Made by a program: the position numbers and the translations under genes. A stretch of 64,000 bases of DNA from an uncultured beta proteobacterium (GTDB lineage: Bacteria > Pseudomonadota > Gammaproteobacteria > Burkholderiales > Casimicrobiaceae), in assembly GCA_963779805.1 (NCBI GenBank), contig CAVZZN010000016.1, forward strand, positions 304,584-368,583, written 5' to 3'. Below, piece by piece: positions 30,583 through 39,247 of the stretch. Every line of letters starts with the position of its first letter. Within the stretch, counting starts at the first letter, position 1. The notes beneath the pieces were generated by a model. That model ran no database searches. It worked only from the letters and a program-made list of their open reading frames with translations, and had not been told where the DNA came from.

Positions 30583-30718
30583 GGAGGCTGTATCTTTTAG
30601 GAGGAGGAAAGAAGATACAGAGGAGACGTCAACTACATGGCGACGCCGAGCCGGGATTCAAGCCGGCGTCGCCCGGGCGCGCGCACTGCGTGCGAGTGGA
30701 CGCGGCCTTGCGCCAGCT

Positions 30719-31282
30719 TCAGGCGGCCTTGCGACCCTTGCCCGTCGCGGCGGCACCGGTAGCGGCATTGGTAGCATTCGCCGCAGCGGCACGCATGCCC
30801 GCGTCGGCGAGGCTCACGACCTGCTTGGTGGCCTTCTGGAACTGGTCGAACGCGGCGGTCGTAGCGGCAACCGTCGACTTGAACGCGTTCATGGCGACGT
30901 CGGAACCGGCCGGCGCATTCTCGCCCGCCTTGTCGACCCACGACGCGAGGCCCTTGGTGTAGACCGCGAAGGCTTCCTCGGCGAGCGCCGTGTACTGCGC
31001 CTGCGTTTCGGAAACGATCTCGTACAGGCTGCGCGAATAGCCCAGCGCGCCCTGCAGGCCGTTCTCGGCGTACTTCGCACGAACGGCGTTGAGCTCCTGG
31101 ACGTCCTTCACGCCCGCGGCGGCGGACGCGCTTTCGACACCCTGCGACAGCGCGAACTTGGCGGCGTCGAGGTTGGCCTGGAACAGCTTCTCGACGTTCT
31201 GCAGCGCAACGGCGGCGAGCTTGGTGGCTTGCTCGACGTTGGTCTTGTTCAGTTCAGCGAACTGCTCGGTAGCGTTGTACAT
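30719..31282 (-). CDS. phaP: Phasin (PHA granule-associated protein, PhaP family)
   Basis: The ATG at 31282 (MYNATEQFAELNKTNVEQATKLAAVALQNVEKL) begins a 188-aa Ala-rich helical protein with an Ala/Thr/Gly-rich tail. It is divergent from phaR. Confidence 0.85.
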   Translation of the reverse strand: MYNATEQFAELNKTNVEQATKLAAVALQNVEKLFQANLDAAKFALSQGVESASAAAGVKDVQELNAVRAKYAENGLQGALGYSRSLYEIVSETQAQYTALAEEAFAVYTKGLASWVDKAGENAPAGSDVAMNAFKSTVAATTAAFDQFQKATKQVVSLADAGMRAAAANATNAATGAAATGKGRKAA

Positions 31283-31357
31283 GGCGATCCCTTTCGTGAC
31301 GAGTGGTGGCCCGCGGCGGCCTGGAAGACGGTTTGGCGGCAGCTGCCCGAGGGCTTT

Positions 31358-31373
31358 TTGCTGCAGCGCACAA
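31358..31373. promoter_or_regulatory. Operator-like motif (minus-strand reading TTGTGCGCTGCAGCAA) just downstream of the phasin -10 element
   Basis: It is 14/16 identical to TTGTGCACTGCACCAA at 31416-31431 and sits at about the phasin transcription start. Confidence 0.45.
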
Positions 31374-31378
31374 ACCCA

Positions 31379-31407
31379 ATAATAGGATCGGTCGCGCCCG
31401 ACGTCAA
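31379..31407 (-). promoter_or_regulatory. Sigma70-type promoter of the phasin gene (TTGACG-N17-TATTAT on the minus strand)
   Basis: On the plus strand, cgtcaa lies at 31402-31407 and ataata at 31379-31384, with a 17-nt spacer. The element is about 97 nt upstream of the phasin ATG. Confidence 0.6.
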
Positions 31408-31415
31408 GGGGTTTT

Positions 31416-31431
31416 TTGTGCACTGCACCAA
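31416..31431. promoter_or_regulatory. Operator-like palindrome TTGTGCACTGCACCAA abutting the phasin -35 element (candidate PhaR site)
   Basis: The core is GTGCA-C-TGCAC flanked by T and A runs. It lies in the phaP-phaR divergent region. The same 16-mer, with one central base changed, overlaps the promoter at 18509-18524. Confidence 0.5.
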
Positions 31432-31510
31432 AAATATTTTTTGGCGCCGCAGCAATTTCCAAAGCGACGTGAAATCAGCGGGTTATAATGGGCGCCAAGC
31501 TCGATGGAGA

Positions 31511-32086
31511 ATGGCCATGCCCGACGCGCCAAGGATCATCAAGAAGTACCCGAACCGCCGCCTGTACGACACCGCGAACAGCGGCTACATCACCCTCGCC
31601 GACGTGAAGCAGATGGTGCTGGAGAACATCGAATTCCAGGTCATCGACGCCAAGACCGGCGACGACCTCTCCCGCGCCATCCTGCTGCAGATCATCCTCG
31701 AGGAGGAGTCCGGCGGCCTGCCGATGTTCTCGTCCGAGATGCTCGCGCAGATGATCCGCTTCTACGGCACGGCCCAGCAGACCATCATGGGCAGCTACAT
31801 CGAGCAGAACGTGAAGGCGTTCCTCGGCATCCAGAAGAAGCTGCAGGATCAGGCCAAGCAGATCTACGGCGACAAGATGATGATCACGCCGGACCTGTGG
31901 AAGCAGTTCATGCAGATGCAGGCGCCCGCGATGCAGGGGATGCTCGGCAACTATCTCGAGCAGAGCGCGAAGCTCTTCATGGACATGCAGCAGCGCATGC
32001 AGGACCAGACGCGCGGCATGTTCGCGGCGTTCCCCTTCCCGAACTTCACGCCGCCCGGCCCGTCCGAGGACGAGAAGAAGGGCTGA
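31511..32086 (+). CDS. phaR: PHA synthesis repressor PhaR
   Basis: The gene lies inside ORF 30569..32086. The N-terminus MAMPDAPRIIKKYPNRRLYDTANSGYITLADVKQMV is the characteristic PhaR DNA-binding N-terminus. TATAAT lies at 31484-31489. Confidence 0.9.
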   Translation: MAMPDAPRIIKKYPNRRLYDTANSGYITLADVKQMVLENIEFQVIDAKTGDDLSRAILLQIILEEESGGLPMFSSEMLAQMIRFYGTAQQTIMGSYIEQNVKAFLGIQKKLQDQAKQIYGDKMMITPDLWKQFMQMQAPAMQGMLGNYLEQSAKLFMDMQQRMQDQTRGMFAAFPFPNFTPPGPSEDEKKG

Positions 32087-32119
32087 CGCCGCTCCGTCCG
32101 CCGGCGCCGAGAACCCGTC

Positions 32120-33493
32120 ATGCGGCACCCACGCGAGCCTCGCGTCGGCTTCGTCTCGCTCGGCTGCCCCAAGGCTCTCGTCGATTCGGAGCAGATCCTC
32201 ACGCAGCTGCGCGCCGAGGGCTACGCGATCAGCCCGAGCTACGAGGGGGCCGATCTCGTCGTCGTCAATACCTGCGGGTTCATCGATGCCGCGGTCGAGG
32301 AGTCGCTCGATGCGATCGGCGAAGCACTCGCGGAGAACGGCAAGGTGATCGTCACCGGCTGCCTGGGTGCGAAGGAAGGCGGCGAGTTCGTGCGCGCCGC
32401 CCACCCGCAGGTGCTCGCGGTGACGGGTCCGCACGCGACCGCCGAGGTGATGACGGCCGTGCACGCGCAACTCCCCCGTCCGCACGATCCGTTCACGGAC
32501 CTCGTGCCGCCGCAGGGCATCAGGCTCACGCCGCGCCACTACGCGTATCTCAAGATCAGCGAAGGCTGCAACCATCGCTGCACGTTCTGCATCATCCCGG
32601 CGATGCGCGGCGATCTCGTGTCGCGACCGGTGGGCGACGTGCTCAACGAGGCGCAGCGCCTGCTCGAGGCGGGCGTGAAGGAGATCCTGGTCGTGTCGCA
32701 GGACACGAGCGCGTACGGCGTCGACGTGCGCTATCGCACCGGCTTCTGGAACGGTCGTCCGGTGAAGACGCGCATGCACGAGCTCGCGGCTGCGCTCGAC
32801 CAGCTGGCGCGCACGGCTCGCGCGTGGGTGCGCCTGCACTACGTCTATCCGTATCCGCACGTGGACGATGTCATTGCGCTGATGACGCGCGACCCGGCAG
32901 CGGGCGGGCTGCTGCCCTATCTCGACGTGCCGTTCCAGCACGCGAGCCCGCGCATCCTGAAGCTCATGAAGCGGCCCGCAAACGCCGAAGGCACGCTGCG
33001 ACGCATCGAGGCGTGGCGCGCGCAGCGTCCGGATCTCGTGATCCGCAGCACGTTCATCGTCGGCTTTCCCGGCGAGACGGAAGCCGAGTTCGAGGCCCTG
33101 CTCGGTTTCCTGCAGGCCGCGCAACTCGACCGCGTCGGCTGCTTCGCCTATTCGCCGGTCGAAGGCGCCGCGGCCAACGATCTGCCCGATCCCGTCCCCG
33201 ACGAGGTGAAGGAGCAACGCCGCGCGCGTTTCATGCAGGTGCAGGAAGCGATCAGCGCAGCGCGCCTCGCGCGTCGCGTGGGCACCACGATGACCGTGCT
33301 CGTCGATGGCCGCGCCGCCGACGGCACGATCGTCGCGCGCAGCGCCGCGGATGCCCCGGAGATCGACGGCACCGTGCGGGTGCTCGATGCGGGCGACGTC
33401 GCCACGGGCGATTTCATCGACGTGCGCATCACGTCGTCGGATGCGCACGATCTCACCGGCACGCCCGCTCGAGCGCCCAACGCCGTCGCCTGA
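32120..33493 (+). CDS. rimO: Ribosomal protein S12 methylthiotransferase RimO
   Basis: Intact 457-aa ORF. It has an MTTase N-domain ([17 protein letters not shown]), the radical-SAM motif CNHRCTFC, and a C-terminal TRAM domain. Confidence 0.9.
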   Translation: MRHPREPRVGFVSLGCPKALVDSEQILTQLRAEGYAISPSYEGADLVVVNTCGFIDAAVEESLDAIGEALAENGKVIVTGCLGAKEGGEFVRAAHPQVLAVTGPHATAEVMTAVHAQLPRPHDPFTDLVPPQGIRLTPRHYAYLKISEGCNHRCTFCIIPAMRGDLVSRPVGDVLNEAQRLLEAGVKEILVVSQDTSAYGVDVRYRTGFWNGRPVKTRMHELAAALDQLARTARAWVRLHYVYPYPHVDDVIALMTRDPAAGGLLPYLDVPFQHASPRILKLMKRPANAEGTLRRIEAWRAQRPDLVIRSTFIVGFPGETEAEFEALLGFLQAAQLDRVGCFAYSPVEGAAANDLPDPVPDEVKEQRRARFMQVQEAISAARLARRVGTTMTVLVDGRAADGTIVARSAADAPEIDGTVRVLDAGDVATGDFIDVRITSSDAHDLTGTPARAPNAVA

Positions 33494-33613
33494 GCCCGCA
33501 ACGCCGCGAGCCAAGGCGAAGCCCGCCGGGTCGTCGGCGCGGCTGCGCGCGGCGGCCGATGGGTCGCCGGGCTCCCGAGCCGGGAACGCGCCGGCCTGCT
33601 CGACCAGGACGCG

Positions 33614-34318
33614 TCAGGGCTCCCGGCGTCGCCCGGCTACCGGAAGGCTGGGTGGCTTCGCCGGCTTCTGCGGGCCCCATACGCGGCTGTAGTAGCTGTC
33701 CGCGAGGTGCAGCGCCGCGACGGGGTTGTGGCCGAGCACGCGATCCTTGGCGACGAGCACGGTGGTGAGCCCCTTCGCGTACTTGAAGAACAGGCTGTCG
33801 TGCCCGATGCACAGGCCCATCAGCACGTTGAACTCGCACCCATGCTCGTTCAGCAGCTCGCGCCTGCGACACCGGGTTGCACAGCGCCTCGAACTGTCCC
33901 GGCCGCACCTTCTGGGCGTCGCTGAGGCCGACTTCCTCCTTCGGGATGCTGCCGTGCTTGCACGCGACCGAGACGACGTCGAAGCCATGGCTTTCGAGGA
34001 TGCCCGGAAAGCACCTTGGCGTGGTCGACGAAGCTGATGCAGTTCGCGATGCCGATCTTGCGGAAGCCCATGCGCTTCGCGAACTGCACGACCTCCTCCA
34101 CGCGCGTCCACTTGCAGTAGCCCTCGGACTCGACGATGGCGGCGACACGCGAGATCTCGCGCACGACGGGGTCGGCATACACGCCATGCGCGCGCTCCAC
34201 GGTGTCCGCGTCGACCTTGACTGGGACAGAACCCGGGGCCACGCGCTTCCGATTCGCCGCTGCGGCACGCGCGCACCGTGGGGGGGCAGTAGGCACAGGC
34301 AGGATCAACGTAGCTCAT
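33614..34318 (-). CDS. Cys-rich metal-binding-type protein, DUF1847-like; three frame breaks near 34215, 34010 and 33870
   Basis: The protein-like text MSYVDPACAYCPPTVRACRSGE, then VERAHGVYADPVVREISRVAAIVESEGYCKWTRVEEVVQFAKRMGFRKIGIANCISF, then ILESHGFDVVSVACKHGSIPKEEVG, then GCEFNVLMGLCIGHDSLFFKYAKGLTTVLVAKDRVLGHNP alternates between three frames. The family assignment is from memory and is tentative. Confidence 0.5.
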   Translation of the reverse strand: MSYVDPACAYCPPTVRACRSGESEARGPGFCPSQGRRGHRGARAWRVCRPRRARDLACRRHRRVRGLLQVDARGGGRAVREAHGLPQDRHRELHQLRRPRQGAFRASSKAMASTSSRSRASTAASRRRKSASATPRRCGRDSSRRCATRCRRRELLNEHGCEFNVLMGLCIGHDSLFFKYAKGLTTVLVAKDRVLGHNPVAALHLADSYYSRVWGPQKPAKPPSLPVAGRRREP

Positions 34319-34506
34319 TGCCGATCTCCCGATGACGGATCGATCCAGCGTAATCGCGCCGAATGCAGGCGTACTGATCCAGGTCAAGGCAGCGATGAGC
34401 CTCGCACGTGCGCAGCTTCGGCTGTGGCGCGATCGCCGCTGGACCATCGAGCGCCGACGGTGCGCGAGCGCGGTGGAAGGCAATGCCTGCGGCGGCGGCT
34501 GCGCGG

Positions 34507-35178
34507 TCAGCGCCTGAGCGTCGCGGCCGCGAGATCCTTGGCGAGCTCCTGCGCGACAGCCCCCACCGCGGCATTGAAGGCCTGCGCGAGCGCTTCCGGC
34601 GTATCGGCGGCGAGGCTCGCACGCTGATGGTATTCGTGCGTCCACACCGGCGCGCTGCCGAGCTCGGCCATGGGCGTGACGTAGAAGGTGACGGCGAACT
34701 CCGCCGTCGGCTTGCCCGGGGTACGCACGTCGCCGTACATCGCGGACACGAAGCCGTCGAGCAGGAAGTCGCCTTCGTTGCCCGCAGCGCCCGCGGGCAC
34801 CACGCGCTCGAACACCCGCGCGGCCGACAGCGAGCGCGCGAGCACGTCGGCGAGCATCGTGCCCGGCGGCACGAAGAACTCGTTGTAGTAGTCAGCTTCG
34901 TAACCGAGATCGCTCTTGCGGTACACGAACGACTTCGCGCGAAACGGCGCGGCCACGTTGATCGCGCCGATGCGCAGCACCGCGGACTTCGGTGCGCCGC
35001 CGACGGCTGCGGGCAGCGGCGGATCGAGCAGGAACGTGCCCTTCACCGGCGCCGGCCGCGAGATGATCGAAGTGCACGCGCCCTGCAGGAGCAGCAGGAC
35101 GAGCGCAAGCAGCGCAACGGCGAGCTTGCGGGTCGACGCCGTCGCATCGAAGCTGGTCGGCATGGCAGGGGCCCTCAT
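34507..35178 (-). CDS. ABC-transport auxiliary lipoprotein (DUF330 / PqiC-YmbA / LinN-like)
   Basis: Intact ORF with a lipobox (LLLLQGAC). Its ATG at 35178 overlaps the upstream MCE gene stop (ATGA). The size and position are typical of the fourth component of Mce-type ABC systems. Confidence 0.75.
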   Translation of the reverse strand: MRAPAMPTSFDATASTRKLAVALLALVLLLLQGACTSIISRPAPVKGTFLLDPPLPAAVGGAPKSAVLRIGAINVAAPFRAKSFVYRKSDLGYEADYYNEFFVPPGTMLADVLARSLSAARVFERVVPAGAAGNEGDFLLDGFVSAMYGDVRTPGKPTAEFAVTFYVTPMAELGSAPVWTHEYHQRASLAADTPEALAQAFNAAVGAVAQELAKDLAAATLRR

Positions 35179-36233
35179 TTGCCTCGCTCCGGCGGCGCGG
35201 GCGGCCGGCCGAGCAGCACGTTCGCGGGATAGCGTCGCGCGTCCTCGGTGAGATCGCGCAGGTTGTCGGTGATCTCGCGCAGGTTCTCGATGGTCGTGGC
35301 GAGATCGGCCTCGCCGCCACCCAGGATGCGATCCAGGCGGCCGAGCGTGCGCGACATCGACGTCAGCGTCTTTTGCAGGTTGGGATCGTCGAGGAGCGTG
35401 CGCACGCGCGCGACCGCGGCGGCCGTGTCCTCGGGAATCTTCTGCAACGCGGGATTGGCGAGCGTGCGGCGCAGCTCCTCGTTGGTGGCGCGCAACTCGG
35501 ACAGCAGCGCCGTGGCCTCCGAGCTCACCTTGCGCGTGTCGAGCCCGGCGAGCGTGCTGTCCAGGCGATCGAGCGCGCGCTCGGTGCGCTGGGCGATGCC
35601 CTTCGCGTCGATGTCGCCGACGCGCTGGTTGAGCGTGGTGAGCAGCCGGTTCAGGTTCTGCACCGTGCCCTCGATGTCGAGGCGATGCAGGCGCTCGACG
35701 ATCTCGGAGGCCGCGTTCACGAACTGCGTGACGGTCGACGGCGCGCTCGGGATGTACGCGTTGCTCGGCACCCAGTCGATCGGGAGCGGCGTGGGGATCG
35801 GGTCCGCGTAGTCGATCTCGAGGTAGTTGGTGCCGGTGATCCCCTGCGGCGCGAGACGGATGCGCAAGCCCCGCTCCACCTCCAGCGCGAGGTTCTCCGG
35901 GCGCGTGATATCGCCTGCCGCGCGGCCGCCGATGAGACGCGGCTGCACTTGCGCTTCCACGAGCACGTAGCGTTCGCGCTGGCTGATCGGCTTGTCGAGC
36001 TGGTACTCGACGTACGTGAACGTGATGCGCGTCACGCTGCCGATCACCACGCCGCGGTACTTCATCTGCGAGCCGACATCGAGGCCCTGCACCGATTCGT
36101 TGAAGTAGGTCTCGATGGTGAAGCGCGGCTGCAGCCAGCGCCCGGAGCCGATGATGAGCAGCACGGCGATGCCGGCGAGGATCCCGGCGGTCACGAAGAT
36201 GCCGAGCTTGAAGTAGTTGGCCTTGGCGCTCAT
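35175..36233 (-). CDS. MCE/MlaD-family periplasmic substrate-binding component with a long helical C-terminal extension
   Basis: ATG at 36233. An N-terminal TM anchor (YFKLGIFVTAGILAGIAVLLII) is followed by the MCE domain (VQGLDVGSQMKYRGVVIGSV) and about 170 aa of repetitive helical sequence. Confidence 0.85.
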   Translation of the reverse strand: MSAKANYFKLGIFVTAGILAGIAVLLIIGSGRWLQPRFTIETYFNESVQGLDVGSQMKYRGVVIGSVTRITFTYVEYQLDKPISQRERYVLVEAQVQPRLIGGRAAGDITRPENLALEVERGLRIRLAPQGITGTNYLEIDYADPIPTPLPIDWVPSNAYIPSAPSTVTQFVNAASEIVERLHRLDIEGTVQNLNRLLTTLNQRVGDIDAKGIAQRTERALDRLDSTLAGLDTRKVSSEATALLSELRATNEELRRTLANPALQKIPEDTAAAVARVRTLLDDPNLQKTLTSMSRTLGRLDRILGGGEADLATTIENLREITDNLRDLTEDARRYPANVLLGRPPAPPERGK

Positions 36234-36250
36234 TTCGTGGCGGCCTCGCG

Positions 36251-37099
36251 TCAGCCGTTGGCGGTCGCTGCGGCGCCGTGATGCGCCATCTCGCGGTGGA
36301 AGAACCGGCGCACGAACGGGTCGGTGCTCGTGTCGCGCAGCTCCCTCGGGTCGCCCTCGGCGACGATGCCCTTGCGCTGCCTGTCCAGCATGATCACACG
36401 ATCCGCGATCGCGTAGATGCTCGGCAGCTCGTGGCTCACGATGACGAAGGTGATGCCGAGGCTGCGCGCGAGACGCAGGATCAGGGCGTCGAGCTCGGCC
36501 GAGGTGATCGGATCGAGGCCGGCCGAGGGCTCGTCCAGGAACAGGATCATGGGGTCCAGTGCCATGGCGCGCGCGATCGCCGCTCGCTTCTGCATGCCGC
36601 CGGAAATCTCGGCCGGAAGATGGCCCGTGAAGGGCTCGAGGCCCACGAGGTCGAGCTTCAGGCGCGCGACGAGATCGATCGCGTCGCTGTCGAGCCGGGT
36701 GTACGCCTCCAGCGGCAGGCGCACGTTCTCGAGCAGCGTCATGGAGCCGAACAGGGCCCCGGACTGGTACATGACGCCGATCTTGCACAGGATCCTGCGC
36801 CGGTCGTCGCCTTCCGTCGCCACGAGGTCCTGGCCGTCGATCAGCACGCGTCCGGCAAGCGGTTCGTTGAGGCCGATCATGTTCTTGAGCAGCGTGCTCT
36901 TGCCTCCGCCCGAGCCGCCGAGGATGACGAAAACTTCGCCGCGCCGGACTTCGAAGTTCACGTTCTGCATGAGCACCGTGTCCTCGTAGCCGGCCGCGAG
37001 ATTCTCGACGCGGATGACGACATCGCTCTCGCGTGCATCGCCGCCGGAGGCTGCCGCGCCCTGCGTGCTCTCCGCGACGCGAGGCTCGCTCGCGCTCAT
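36251..37099 (-). CDS. Mce-type ABC transporter ATP-binding protein (MlaF-like)
   Basis: ATG at 37099. Motifs present are Walker A GGSGGGKST, signature ISGGMQKRAAIARA, and Walker B ILFLDEPSAGLD. Confidence 0.9.
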   Translation of the reverse strand: MSASEPRVAESTQGAAASGGDARESDVVIRVENLAAGYEDTVLMQNVNFEVRRGEVFVILGGSGGGKSTLLKNMIGLNEPLAGRVLIDGQDLVATEGDDRRRILCKIGVMYQSGALFGSMTLLENVRLPLEAYTRLDSDAIDLVARLKLDLVGLEPFTGHLPAEISGGMQKRAAIARAMALDPMILFLDEPSAGLDPITSAELDALILRLARSLGITFVIVSHELPSIYAIADRVIMLDRQRKGIVAEGDPRELRDTSTDPFVRRFFHREMAHHGAAATANG

Positions 37100-38214
37100 A
37101 TGTCGAGCACCCAGTAGATCACGGCGAAGATGCCGTCCACGATCACCAGCAGGATGATGCCCGAGACGACCGCGCGCGTGGCCGCATCGCCCACGGCCGA
37201 CGCGCCGCTCTTGGTCTGCAGCCCGCGCAGGCAGCCGATGCCGGCGATCAGGACGGCAAAGAAGAACGACTTGATCCACCCGGCCATGAAGTCCTGGAAC
37301 GACGCGATGCTGTCGACCTCCTTGACGAACGTGACGAACGGGATCGAGAACGACTGCATCGTGATCGCACCGCCGAGCAGGCCCACGAGGTCCGCGAACA
37401 GCGTGAGCAGCGGCGTCATCAACAGCGCTGCGATGACGCGCGTCACCACCAGGAACCGGACCGGGTCGAGGCCCATCGTCGTGAGCGCATCGACCTCCTG
37501 GTTGACCCGCATCGTGCCGATCTCCGCGGCGAACGCGGCACCCGTGCGGCCGGCGAGAAGAATGGCCGTCATCAGGGGCCCCAGCTCGCGCAGCATCGCG
37601 AGACCGACGAGGTCCGCGACGAAGATCTCCGCGCCGAACCGCTTCATCGGCACCGCGCTCTGGAACGCGAGGATGAGGCCCATGAGGAAGGCGACCAGCG
37701 CCACGATGGGCAGGGCATCCACGCCGACGCGCTCGCAGATGGCCCAGACGTCGCGCCAGCGCACCACCGACGGATGGCGCGCGGCGTGCATCAGCGCAGC
37801 GAACGCCTCGCCGACGAACGTGGTCTGCTCGCGCATGTCGCGCCCGATCGTCGCCGCCATGAAGCCGATTTCCTCGATCGTCTTGCGACGCGGCTGCGGC
37901 GGGTCGTGGTCCTCCCGCAGCACGGCGGGATCGAACTGGTCGAGCAGGGTCTGGAACTGCGGCCGCAGGTTGTGCACGGCGACCGGCGCCGATTCGGGCC
38001 GCGGCATGCGCAGGAGATCGACGAGGAGCGCGATGCCTGCGCCGTCGCAGTAATCGACGGCGGCGGCATCCACGACGACGGGTCGTGCAGGTGCTGCGCT
38101 CACCGCGGCGCGCGCCTGCCTCCAGACTTCTGCAATCGAGAACGCGTCGAGGCGGCCGGCGAATGCGAGCCGGCGCGCGCCCCCCGGCGTGTCGGTGATG
38201 TCGAGCGAGGTCAT
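37096..38214 (-). CDS. MlaE-family permease with an N-terminal STAS (MlaB-like) domain fused
   Basis: Intact 372-aa ORF. The first 100 or so residues are STAS-like (RLAFAGRLDAFSIAEVWRQ...VDYCDGAGIALLVDL). The rest is an MlaE-type permease (GVDALPIVALVAFLMGLILAFQ...EIGTMRVNQEVDAL). Confidence 0.85.
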   Translation of the reverse strand: MTSLDITDTPGGARRLAFAGRLDAFSIAEVWRQARAAVSAAPARPVVVDAAAVDYCDGAGIALLVDLLRMPRPESAPVAVHNLRPQFQTLLDQFDPAVLREDHDPPQPRRKTIEEIGFMAATIGRDMREQTTFVGEAFAALMHAARHPSVVRWRDVWAICERVGVDALPIVALVAFLMGLILAFQSAVPMKRFGAEIFVADLVGLAMLRELGPLMTAILLAGRTGAAFAAEIGTMRVNQEVDALTTMGLDPVRFLVVTRVIAALLMTPLLTLFADLVGLLGGAITMQSFSIPFVTFVKEVDSIASFQDFMAGWIKSFFFAVLIAGIGCLRGLQTKSGASAVGDAATRAVVSGIILLVIVDGIFAVIYWVLDI

Positions 38215-38234
38215 CGGGTGCGTGCGCGGTTTCG

Positions 38235-39236
38235 TCAGCGATAGCCGGAACCCGCCCGCACCTTACCGCGAAAGACCCAATAGGACCAGCCGACGTACGT
38301 CAGGATGATCGGCAGCAGGAAGAGCGTGCCGATCATCAGGAACGCCTGCGACTTGGGCGTTGCCGCCGCATCCCACAGGTCGAATGCATACGGCACGACC
38401 ATCGGGAAGATGCTGATGGCGAGGCCCAGGTACGCCATCGCGAAGATGGCGAGCGCCGCGATGAACGGCGTGCTGTCGCGCCCCCGGCGCAGCGAGCGCC
38501 ACAGCAGCACGAAGAGGCCCAGCGTGATCAACGGCACGGGCGCGAGCGCGATGACGTTGGGCCAGCCGAACCAGCGCGCCCGGATCTGCGTGTGGGCGAG
38601 CGGAGTCCACACGCTCACCATCACCACGAACGCGGCGACACCGATCAGGAATGTCCGTGCGCGCTCGCGCGCCCAGTCGCGCAGCGCGCCTTCCGTCTTC
38701 ATCACCAGCCAGCACGCACCGAGCAGGCCGTAGCCCGCGATCAATCCGACCCCCGTGAGCAGCGCGAACGGCGTCGCGAAATCGAGCGTGCCGCCGGCGT
38801 AGGTGCGTCCCGCGACGGGAATCCCCTGCACGTACGTGCCGAGCACGACGCCCTGGCTGTAGGTCGCGACGAGCGAGCCCACGAAGAAGGAGCGGTCCCA
38901 GTAGTGGCGGCGGCGCGACATGTGCCGGAACTCGAACGCGACACCGCGAAAGACGAGGCCGATCAGCATGAACAGGATCGGGAAGTACACCGCCGGAATC
39001 ACGATCGCGAAGGCGAGCGGAAACGCCGCGAGGAGGCCGATGCCGCCGAGCACGAGCCAGGTTTCGTTGCCGTCCCAGATCGGCGCGACCGAATCCATCA
39101 TGAGGTCGCGGCTCGCGGCGTCCGGTGCGAACGGGAACAGGATGCCCACGCCCAGATCGAAGCCGTCGAGCAGCACGTACATGAAGACGGCGAACGCGAG
39201 GATCGCGGCCCAGAGCGGAACGAGGTCGAGTGCCAT
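38235..39236 (-). CDS. cydB: Cytochrome bd-type quinol oxidase subunit II (CydB/CioB)
   Basis: ATG at 39236. The 333-aa polytopic protein has a typical N-terminus (LWAAILAFAVFMYVLLDGFDLGVGILFPF, PIWDGNETWLV). Confidence 0.9.
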   Translation of the reverse strand: MALDLVPLWAAILAFAVFMYVLLDGFDLGVGILFPFAPDAASRDLMMDSVAPIWDGNETWLVLGGIGLLAAFPLAFAIVIPAVYFPILFMLIGLVFRGVAFEFRHMSRRRHYWDRSFFVGSLVATYSQGVVLGTYVQGIPVAGRTYAGGTLDFATPFALLTGVGLIAGYGLLGACWLVMKTEGALRDWARERARTFLIGVAAFVVMVSVWTPLAHTQIRARWFGWPNVIALAPVPLITLGLFVLLWRSLRRGRDSTPFIAALAIFAMAYLGLAISIFPMVVPYAFDLWDAAATPKSQAFLMIGTLFLLPIILTYVGWSYWVFRGKVRAGSGYR

Positions 39237-39247
39237 CGCTCGAGACC

